NCBI GenBank assembly: GCA_001938485.1
Contig: MQRK01224483.1
Location: forward strand, 1 to 53,874
Reading direction: 5' to 3'
Source of the DNA: Girardia tigrina
Lineage: Eukaryota
Length of the DNA stretch: 53,874 bases
Position 1 is the stretch's first letter. Every line of letters starts with the position of its first letter. Shown piece after piece: positions 26,401 to 38,400 of the stretch. Below the pieces are notes generated by a model that saw nothing but the letters and a program-made list of their open reading frames with translations, did not search any database and had not been told where the DNA came from. The position numbers and the translations under genes are program-made.

Positions 26401-29400
26401 NNNNNNNNNNNNNNNNNNNNNNNNNNNNNNNNNNNNNNNNNNNNNNNNNNNNNNNNNNNNTAGTTTATGAATCTCTGCAATAAATTCATCTCGTCTTTCT
26501 TTTGGGATCCAAATTTTACTGTCTTTTGATATTACTATTCCGTTAACAAGTCTCCATTTTTCCGATTTATTTGACTTAATTAAATTCTTAATATCCATAA
26601 TTTCAGTGTTATTTACTTGCCACTTGCAACCTTCTTCTTCTTCACTCAATGCTAAAATTTTAGTTTTAGTTCTTCCTTTTTTCGCATCTTCATGGATTGT
26701 TTGGCATTGATTACACAATTCAGAAGAATTCCTAGATAGTGCATCCGCATTTGAGTGTAAACTCCCTTTTCTGTATATCATTTCCATATCCAGGCCANNN
26801 NNNNNNNNNNNNNNNNNNNNNNNNNNNNNNNNNNNNNNNNNNNNNNNNNNNNNNNNNNNNNNNNNNNNNNNNNNNNNNNNNNNNNNNNNNNNNNNNNNNN
26901 NNNNNNAGAAAGTGTTTAAAATGTTGGGCAAAATAGTATATAGCAAGTAATTCTTTCCTTGTTATGCAGTATCCGAGTTCATGTTTATTTAATTTGTGGG
27001 AACCGTATGCTATTACTCTTTCTGATCCATATTCGACTTTCTGTGACAAAACTGCTCCAATTGTGTCGAAACTGGCATCCGTATCTAAAATAAATTGTTT
27101 CTCGAAATCTGGATAAGCCAAAACAGGAGCCTTTGTCATCTGTTCCTTAAGTTTCNNNNNNNNNNNNNNNNNNNNNNNNNNNNNNNNNNNNNNNNNNNNN
27201 NNNNNNNNNNNNNNNNNNNNNNNNNNNNNNNNNNNNNNNNNNNNNNNNNNNNNNNNNNNNNNNNNNNNNNNNNNNNNNNNNNNNNNNNNNNNNNNNNNNN
27301 NNNNNNATACAAGAAGGACTCTGAAAATTATTAATTGCTTCAACTTTACTCTCATCAGTTTGAATACCATCTTTACTAATTATATATCCAAGAAACTTAG
27401 TTTTCTCAGTCATAAAGTGACATTTCTAGGGATTTATTTTAAGACCTGATTCTTTGATCTTGTCAAACACGTGCGCAATCCTTGATAAATGTTCTTCCCT
27501 GGTTCTTGAAAAAATCAAAATGTCATCCAGATAAACCATTGCTTCCTTCCAGTTTAAATCTNNNNNNNNNNNNNNNNNNNNNNNNNNNNNNNNNNNNNNN
27601 NNNNNNNNNNNNNNNNNNNNNNNNNNNNNNNNNNNNNNNNNNNNATCTTTAGTCGAGAAAGCTGTTTTGAGTTTTGAATCTGCTTCCAATTCCACTTGAT
27701 AGTAGGCATTTCCTAAATCCACTGTACTGAAGAATCTTGCTCCATTAAGGGTGTTTAGCATGTCATCAATATTTGGCATGGGGAAAGCTGGTCTCAATGT
27801 GATTTTGTTTAATTGCCTAAAATCGACGCACAGCCTAATTTCAGGCTTTTCCTTTTTCCAAACGCAGACTAATGGGAAATTCCATGGAGATTTGCAACGT
27901 TCGATTATTCCATTTTGTTCAAGATTTTTAAGTACTTCTTCCAGTTTTGCTTCTAAATGCTTTGGCTGTCTCCATGGTTTCACAAGTACTGGATNTCCCT
28001 GTGTTTCAATCTTGTGTTTTGTTAGTGATGTTCTACCAATGTCCCACTTATCCGCCATAAAAATCGATTTATATTTAACTAAAAGGTTAAGCATCTGTGT
28101 ATCCAATTCCTTAAGAAAAAATTTCTTTCAACCTCTGTAATCTATTATCGTCTGTTAGATTTTCACGTATATAACAAATCTGGTTTTTATTATTATCATC
28201 AGCTATATTAATAGTGTCATGTTTCACTAATCTTATCCCGAACTCGTTTAAGAAATCTATACCAACAATCATTTCAGGGTTAACGTCATTAACAATATAA
28301 AATTCAATTAATCTCTTCATATCTTCAATAACAACTTCAATGTTAACTAAACCATAATTTTTAAGCTCAGAATCATTTGCACAAATTATTTTTCTTTTGG
28401 TTTTTTCTATTTTTATACCGGAAATATCGTTAATTAGATTTTCTTTTATAACATTAACTTTCGCTCCCGTCTCTAATAAACATTGAACATTTTTCCCATT
28501 TATTTTAAAGTTTATACTAGGTCTTCCATTTAATTTATTGTACTGAATTTTCACTTTTGGATTTCCAAAATTTATTTTATTAATTGCATTTAAATTATGA
28601 ATTGACTTATTAGACAGTCTCATGTAAGTTATCATTAACATTTGTATTATTATTTTTCTGTAATCGAGAGTCTCTATTTTCAAAAGTTATATCATTTTTC
28701 ACATTTATATTTTCATTTATTATTATTTTTAATAATATCCTTATTATCATTATTATTATTGATTTTATTATTATTTTTATGATAATCAATTAATTCGGCA
28801 CACAAACCATCATTTTTTTGAAAAAAATTATCTAATTTATACAGCATACACATTTCATGGGGGTCATCATTCAATACACACAATTTATGAGGGATATTAC
28901 GCAACACACAATTAAACATACAATCATTCATACAATCAAACAAACAACAGCAAACCCGATCTTCTCCTTTTCCTATTGAAGCACACTGATCATCNNNNNN
29001 NNNNNNNNNNNNNNNNNNNNNNNNNNNNNNNNNNNNNNNNNNNNNNNNNNNNNNNNNNNNNNNNNNNNNNNNNNNNNNNNNNNNNNNNNNNNNNNNNNNN
29101 NNNNNNNNNNNNNNNNNNNNNNNNNNNNNNNNNNNNNNNNNNNNNNNNNNNNNNNNNNNNNNNNNNNNNNNNNNNNNNNNNNNNNNNNNNNNNNNNNNNN
29201 NNNNNNNNNNNNNNNNNNNNNNNNNNNNNNNNNNNNNNNNNNNNNNNNNNNNNNNNNNNNNNNNNNNNNNNNNNNNNNNNNNNNNNNNNNNNNNNNNNNN
29301 NNNNNNNNNNNNNNNNNNNNNNNNNNNNNNNNNNNNNNNNNNNNNNNNNNNNNNNNNNNNNNNNNNNNNNNNNNNNNNNNNNNNNNNNNNNNNNNNNNNN

Positions 29401-32400
29401 NNNNNNNNNNNNNNNNNNNNNNNNNNNNNNNNNNNNNNNNNNNNNNNNNNNNNNNNNNNNNNNNNNNNNNNNNNNNNNNNNNNNNNNNNNNNNNNNNNNN
29501 NNNNNNNNNNNNNNNNNNNNNNNNNNNNNNNNNNNNNNNNNNNNNNNNNNNNNNNNNNNNNNNNNNNNNNNNNNNNNNNNNNNNNNNNNNNNNNNNNNNN
29601 NNNNNNNNNNNNNNNNNNNNNNNNNNNNNNNNNNNNNNNNNNNNNNNNNNNNNNNNNNNNNNNNNNNNNNNNNNNNNNNNNNNNNNNNNNNNNNNNNNNN
29701 NNNNNNNNNNNNNATAATTCTTTTTTTCCAATTTTTTTCTCCGTAATTTTCTCTATTAATTGGTCCGCCATCTGGAAAATTTTTTCCGGATTTTCTCCAT
29801 TGAGTTTTAAGAGATAGAGTTCTCCCATCATATCNNNNNNNNNNNNNNNNNNNNNNNNNNNNNNNNNNNNNNNNNNNNNNNNNNNNNNNNNNNNNNNNNN
29901 NNNNNNNNNNNNNNNNNNNNNNNNNNNNNNNNNNNNNNNNNNNNNNNNNNNNNNNNNNNNNNNNNNNNNNNNNNNNNNNNNNNNNNNNNNNNNNNNNNNN
30001 NNNNNNNNNNNNNNNNNNNNNNNNNNNNNNNCATCATAGATTTCTGGTCCTTTGATTGACAGGTTCATTGGAGTCGTGGTCGCCATATTAAGGATATTAA
30101 CAGACGAAGTCGTATTACAAGATTTATTACGACTAAAATGATCTGTAATCAGCGTCTGGGGCATGAATTGTTTCTTCAATTGATTTTTCAAAAATTTGCC
30201 AAAATCTGCAAAGATTAAAACAATTGTATTTTTAATTAATTGTTAAATAACAATTAATTTATTATACAATTAGTAATATAATTTTTNNAATTCGACAATA
30301 ATTGACTTCAATTGTCTAGGGAGAGATGCCATGCTTCAAACACCAACCAGTCTCAAACATACTATAAAACTCATTCAACAATCACTCAACATAATTCAAA
30401 CATCATTCCAATATCCCTCACAGTACCTTCAGTAGAAACTCCAAAAGCAAATTGAAATTGATTCAGATTGAAAATATTTAAAAAAGAATTTAAACTTGAT
30501 TCTCTAAAAAAATCTGAAATTTTAAATATAAAACTTAAAATACCATGCGATTCATAAGTCGTCGTCTCAAGATATGGAACTATACTGCGATGTAATGTAA
30601 AAAAATTACGACATGGTTTTTTACGCAGTACAACTTGAAGACATGAAAAGAAAAAGGTTTTACAATAATTGTTCAAAATGTTCACCATTTTTCTGCAAAC
30701 ACAGATTGCATCGCTCCACAAAATTCGTGTAGCATTTTCGAATGATGCTGTGATCGATGCCTGACTCGACCTTTCCTCTTATAAAGCAAAGAAAAGCTAT
30801 GGTTTTCTGCAGACTTTCATATTCAATTATATTCCTTTGATTGTTTACGGCCTATTGATTGATTATTCAGTTATTCAATATCTATGAAATTGAAATTTTA
30901 AATGTCTGATATTAGTTTGTGTACTTTCACTTTTATTCAAATGCGCCTATTGCCAGTACAATGGCTGAAGCAAATGGAAATGTCGAATTTTCTATTAAAG
31001 ATAAAGTTTTCATCACTAGTCATGCAATCGTTTATGAAAGCTGCACAAAAACGTGTCAAATTTTTCAAGAGCGTTTCAAACGTGAACCGCCATCGAGAAC
31101 AACGGTTCAGTATTGGAAGAAGAAATTCGAAGAAACGGTGAATTTGTCAACAAAACCGCGATCAGGAAGACCATCTGATGAACACATGAAGGAAAGTGTT
31201 GTTCAGTATGTGAAAGAAAACGATACTGCAAATCAACGACGGGTTGCACGTGTCCTTGGTACTTCGCAGAGTTCTGTTCATCGTTACCTCACGCAAGAAA
31301 AGGTAAAGCCTTTCAAGTTTTCTTTTCAACAAGAGTTAACAGAAGATGACCCAGATCGAAGAATTGAATTTTGTTCTTGGATAATCAAAGAAAATGACAC
31401 CAATTTTTGCAGAAGAATTATTTTTTCTGATGAGGCATCGTTTTACCTTAATGGTCATGTGCGAAAGCATAATCTTTTTTATTATTCTGAAGAGAATGAA
31501 CATTGTTTGATTCATGTGCCTATGAAATCGCCGGGATTAACTGTTTGGGCAGCTGTTTCCTACGACCTTGGAATAACTTTCAGTATTATTTGTGAAACAA
31601 TGAACCAGGTACGATATGTCGACGTTCTGAATCAAAAGTTGCTGCCTTTTGTTGGGGATAACACGCAACACTGGTATCAACATGATGGCGCACTCCCGCA
31701 TTTCAGCAATGCAGCGCGAACGTGGCTGGATGAACATTTCCCACAAAGATGGATTGGTCGTAGAGGACCTCGGTCTCCCGATTTGACGATGCCTGACTTC
31801 TGGCTATGGAGTTACGTCAAAGATCGAGTATACGCCATCGAAAATAACTATCTGAACCTCGACGAACTACAAGGCGCCATTTCAAGAGTGCTGTCAGACA
31901 TCGATCACCGCATCATTCGAAAATGCTACACGAATTTTGTGGAGCGATGCAATCTGTGTTTGCAGAAAAATTATAAAAGACCTTATAAAAAAACTAATTT
32001 AATTTTACGTAAAAAAATGAATGTAGTAAAATTAAATTTAAAACGACTGTTAAGAGCACTGACGCAATTGTTAAGAAAATATTTTTTAATATCACACAAC
32101 TCTCGGAAGATTTTTCACAATTTTACGTCATTCCAATTAGTTTTTTATTTGTCTTTTAAAAATGATTATTCGAAAAATTTTCTTTTGCTTTTCTAAATTT
32201 ATTATTATTTTTAATTTTAAAAATATTTTTTAAAATTAATAATTTTAACACTCTTTTAACACATCAGAAGTTACTATAAATTATTTAAACACTATTTCGT
32301 GATAAAAACTGAAAATAAATTTCTTTTTTAATTCTTTGTAAATATTTTATCAAATTTTAAAAATATATTTAAGTTTAAATTTCATTATATTAAATTTTTG

Positions 32401-35400
32401 AAACACTTAAAAAAATTTTAAAATTTTGAATATTATAAAAATTCTTTTTTAAAATTTTATAAATATATGAAAGTATCTTTTAATTAAAATATTGTAAACT
32501 TCATTATTCTAAGTTATATCCATTTAAATGCTTTTCTTTTTAAAAGTAGTTATTTTTAAAATTGATTTTAACTATATTTAATTGATTTTAACTATATTTT
32601 TTTAATTGTTAATTCAAAAATTTAAACTTATTAGATTTTATAAACAAATAAACGCCATTTAAAAAAATATTTTAGGATAATATATTTCGACGGTTTAACC
32701 GTCATCATCAGATCACTGATTATGTTCTTTTTTAATTGCTTTTATATAATAAATGAATGATTATGCAATCACTTACGTAAGTCTAATCGAAAACTCTTAA
32801 CAAATTAGTTGAGAGTGCTGTTTGAACATTGATTTTTGGATCACATGATCTTATCAACAATGCTTCACATGACACTCTCCCAATAATTTTTAAAATGCTT
32901 GCACAAAATCTTAAAATCATTTATGCTCATAATGCATTTACACGTTTTTTTATGCTCAGCAATATTACTCTTTCCCCCTTTTTAACTGTCTTCTTGGACT
33001 CGTTTGCAGAGATGACAGGCAGTCTCTCCGATGTATGTAGCATTGCACCCATTACATGTGTATTGATAAACAATGTCCGAACACAATACTAAAGGAGTAT
33101 GTGATTTATTGCAAAACATATTCTCAACTTTAAGTGATTGAGAAATAATTTTTAAATTTAAAATGTTATTTGTTGAGTTCAAGATCGAATTCGTGAGGTT
33201 TTTAAAACCTTCGGAGTAAGGTAAGCTTAGAGTATACCCAGGTGTAAAGCAGTTTTCAATCTTTAAACTATTAATTTGTTCATTTCTGATTTTTTCTTTT
33301 TCGATTATTTTATCTACAGTCTCACGAGTGAGTCTGTCTATGATGGACTTAGAGTAACCGTTATTATTCAATAACTTGCTCAATGTATCAATACTTTTAA
33401 TAGATTTTGAAAACGTAGAAGAAAGAGACCAAGAGCGATATAATAAACCTTTGATATTAATAATCCTTTTATATTTAAACTCACAAAAATTGTTTATGGA
33501 GGTGTACAAACCAGTATCATTATTAGATTTTTACAAATAAACTTGAAAAAAGATGGCAATGTTTTATTGAAAACAAAGAAAATTTTTTTTATTAAATTTT
33601 TATCATATTGTTTTTTTTATTTTAATTATATTTGAATGTTCAATTATCGTAAATACAAAAAATCACCATTCTAGATTTAACATATTCAAATCAACATCGT
33701 ACATTCACATACATTAAAAAATATTCCTCAAAAATAAAATACTGAAATTGAAACTATTACAAAATTTAGTATAAAGATAAAGTGATTCTTTAGTTCACTG
33801 GGGCATGTTGGACGTGTGTCAAGAAATTAAAATAAACCCTACTTAACTGATAATATTTTATTTTAAATATGTTTTTAAAGAATTTTTATTTGATTAGAAT
33901 ATATAAGAAAACTAATGATTTTAGTGAAAAATAATTATTTACTAATGAAATTGTTGATATTCTTAATACAATCAAGGAAACAATCTTCGCCAACACTTAA
34001 AACTCAAAAGTTTATAATTTTAGGTAATTAAAATCAGTTTAATTTAAAATTAAATGAAGAATATCAATAAATAATATAAGATTTATATTTTTGTTCAGGA
34101 ATTCAATGACTTCTTGGCTCTAATGTTGCGAGCACGAATTGAAACGGATGAAAGCAATCCAAATCAAATTCAAGAACTAAACTCTAAATCTTTAACAACT
34201 GATGAAATAATGGCACAATCTATGATATTCTTGTTGGCGGGATACGAAACGACGGCCACAACTTTGACTTTTATAGCATATTTTCTAGCTAAAAATCCGA
34301 GTGTTCAACAAGAGGTTTATAATGAAATAATAAATTCATTTGGTATTGAGGTATGACATTTATTACATATGCTATGACTTATGAATAAAGATAAACCCTT
34401 CATTTTTGCAAGGTGTAGCATTTTTGCAATGAAATTGAACTTTTATGGATGCATATAAAAAAATCAAAATAAAAAAATAAAATATATTTATGTATCATAT
34501 TTATTGTTTAAATACGTGGTACGATCCCTAAGTCCTTCTACTCGTTGATAAATATTATTATGACGTATATGCCGTTGATACTATACATAGATGAGCTATC
34601 ATTTGGTTACAGATATGACTCACCATACCCAACCTGTGTGTGTGAGTGGTGCATACAGCCATTATTTCACTTTTTACTGTAGACATGGACAGTAACGTCG
34701 AATATCGCAGCGTGATAAAATTTCTGCTCCTGAGCAATACTAAAAGCTGCGATATTTTGCAGCAGTTGCAGGAAGCTTACGGTGACCAGTGCCCATCACG
34801 TGCAACAGTGTATAATTGGATCAGAGGCTTTAAAAATGGCCGACAATCCGTTTTTGATGCTGAAAGATCAGGACGATCGTGTGAAATTTTACTCGGGAAA
34901 GATGATTTATGCATAAAGGTCGTCCCGGAAGAGAGACGAATAAGCATCTGTGAACTTTTACAGTGTCTATCCATTAGCTACCATTCTACATATGATATTT
35001 TTCTTCGATAATGGTATTATGAAGTTGATACACAGATGGGAAAAGTGTGTGAAACTGAATGGTGATTATATTGAAAAGTTCGATAGCGATTCTGATGAGG
35101 ATTGATCAATTTTGTTGACTGGAATAAACTTTTTGAATTTGTTGTTACTTATCAATCCGCGAACTTTTGGGACACCCCTCGTATTTAATTGAAATAAAAT
35201 CAAAAGTATTATAAAGTTTAATATTATATTCGCGAAATGAAAATAAACTAAACTATTTTTGGGTAACTTTTATTTTACACGATTAAATCGAAGTAAATTA
35301 AAAATGTAATTATAATTTTGTTTTGAAAATTGTAATTCGAATCAAAATATAATTGTAAAACAATTTAATCCACTTAAATGAAAATTTTATTTTGGAAAAT

Positions 35401-38400
35401 GTAATTATTAATGGAAATATAATTTTATTTTTTATGTAAAAAAGGGTAATTTAAAAGTTGTGAAATTAAACGAAATTGCGATTTTAAATTCTATTTTCAA
35501 AACATTATTTTACTAAATCTAAAGTAATTTTTAAAACTATTATGAAAACGAAATGGAAAATGCTATTGTATAGAATTGGGAAATTTAATTGAGAAACAGG
35601 TAAATTTAAATGTACAATAAAATTGAAATTTAATAAAAGATGCAACAAAATCTTTGTGACAAAATTTTAATAAATTTACTTTATATTTTTTCATTAAAAA
35701 AAGTATATAATTTTAATTCGTAAAAAATACAATAACCATATTTATATTTATATCAATTCTTATTTATAATGGTTTGTGTAAAATGAAAGTGCAAAACGTT
35801 ATTCGAAAATATTTTTTTAAAAAACTTAAATTGTGGTAGAAATAAAGTTTTGTGTTAATGACAACTTCTTTTGATCAAGAACCCAATAAAATTTAAATTT
35901 CAAAAATAATAATATAGGGTAATTTCTAATAAAAGTAATCTTTTTCAAAAATAAAAATAAATACGTTTAATGTTTTAATTAAATACATTTTAAAATTTAA
36001 AATAATACTAAATCATTATGGAAAATTCAGAAACAACATTAATGATGCCACTAAATGGGATATTAATAAATATTTGCATAGTAATTGCGTCAGTGTCCTT
36101 AATAGTTTGGAAACAATATTTGGATCAAGTTTAGGTACTCTTCAGACATGTTTAATACTTCTGTTACCAAAACTATTAAAATTCTTGCCCGTGAATCTTG
36201 AAAATATATTTCTAGTACAAAAATATGACTACTTTGTAATTAGTCTTAGACATATTCTTCTCTTATATAATTGTAGAAGTGTAAACGTAGTGCATCTTTA
36301 TCGTCTTGAAAACAGATCGAAAATCCCAACTTGATTGTTATTAAATTTCCTAATATAATTTTGTATTCATCATTTTATTATACTATCATAATACAAAAAC
36401 TCTGTAAAATTGATTTTTTAAGGGAGAAATCAAATACGAAATTTTGATGAACTTACCTCATTTGGACTCCGTAGTTTGTGAAACACTGAGAATGTGTCCA
36501 CCGGCTGTGAGAATCGACCGGACTTGTACTGAAGATGTTACTTTAATAACATCTGATAATCAGACAATTCGTGCTCAAAAGGGAGATATTTTCTCTGTTC
36601 CTATTTATGCCATTCATACAGATCCATCGATTTGGCATGACCCGGACACATTCAATCCACAAAGGTTAGATACACTCATTAAAAAGGTTATTGACATTTC
36701 TGAAAACAGTTTTAATTTGTCTTGTAAAATCATTAAAAAAATATTGAAAATTTTTAATTCTTTCCATAAATGGTAATAACTAAAATTTTACCCAAATTTC
36801 AATAATATATGATTCTAGAACTGGTTAAAGCTTTTTCACTGCAAACATAGATGCCAAGGTACATAATCAGGTAAGAATACGTAATTGTCGTCTGGATAAT
36901 ACTTTTTATGAACACAATTTATTGTCTCTTAACATAAGAAACACATCAAGATACCCATTTTTATTGACTGCGACATTAAAGCTCTGTACTCTCATCTCTC
37001 AATTTCCGTGGCAGATACATTCGCAGGAAAATCACATAAACCGAAACGAAGAGCATTTAGAAGAAAGAGGATTTGTTTTCGAAAACTTCAAATCTCTTGA
37101 ATTGATACTTGAAACTCATTGAAAACTGAAATTACGTTCAAAAATTCACGTAAACTGAAACCACTAAAACATGTCAAATACAAAGATAGGGATTTAATAG
37201 GATTTTGAAGACAGTAAACATACATTTTCTTTATTTTATATTTCTACAGATTATTATGAACATTATTAACAACATCACAATTTGAATGCAAACATTTATT
37301 GACAACACAAACAGATTCTTCACAACAACTTTCAGTGGTCATCATTCTTTGATTGATATAGTTTTTTGTTAATGTATTCAAATCTAAAAAAACAATGAAT
37401 GGGAAATTTTAATATTACATTTTAATTTCTCATAATTTTATTGGATAAAAGTCATTACATAATTTTTTAAATAAACATTAATTTTTAAAATATATTAAAT
37501 TTAATAAGTTAAAATCGTTTACTGAAAATATTAATAAAATTCATAATTATCAAACTTTAATTAATTAGTATTTAAAATTAATATCATTGATTAATTTCAT
37601 TAGATTCAAATAATCAATCAATAAACATATCAATCCCATCTGAGTAGGAGAGTCACAAATCTAAACAGCATACAAACAACAACTTACAACATTCCAAATT
37701 ATCCCTCACAAATTTGAAATTTAAATTATAACATACATAAACTAATAAGTTCAAAATAAAAAGTTTAATCACTGTCGTTATCAACTTAAAGAACTAAAAG
37801 CCTTTTCTTCTCTTGCCTCGCTAGATACAGTGTCAGAATTGGTTATTGGATCAAGTATCGGTTCATGTACTAAATCAATTCCTTATTCTTCAAGTAATCC
37901 TCTACCATTGCCAACAGTAAAATAAGTAAAATCATCTCCACCAAATTCTAGTGACAAATTTCTCATACCGGCGGATTTTGCAAACATTGTCGGAATTATA
38001 TTATTGTTTGCAATCACTGATCTTAGTTTCTTTAAAGAAGAATTTAGTATGGATGACCTGATTTAAAATTTTTGAAAATTTTTAATCGTGAAAGTATCAT
38101 GTTTCACACAATTGAGACTTTTAAATTCTTTCACAATTTCGATAACAGTTATTTCATTATTTTCATCTGCTTTGTTCTATATGTACTCAAACGTTCGTTT
38201 CATATAATAAGTTTTGAAAGTTGCTATTATACCTTGATCTAAAGACTTTATCAAAGAATTGGTGTTAGCTTGGAAGTTAACAATTTTAATATTTCTATAC
38301 AATTACAAATTCTTTGTCTTGAGAGAAACTGCTTATAATAAGTAACGCATAAACGAAATCTGTGTAAATCAATACCGCGCAAAAATAAACACATAGTTGA

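Noticed and set aside
31971-32196. C-terminal extension of the 425-aa transposase as a novel fusion domain
   Set aside because: Read-through into AT-rich flank after truncation; the true end is visible in the left TIR.
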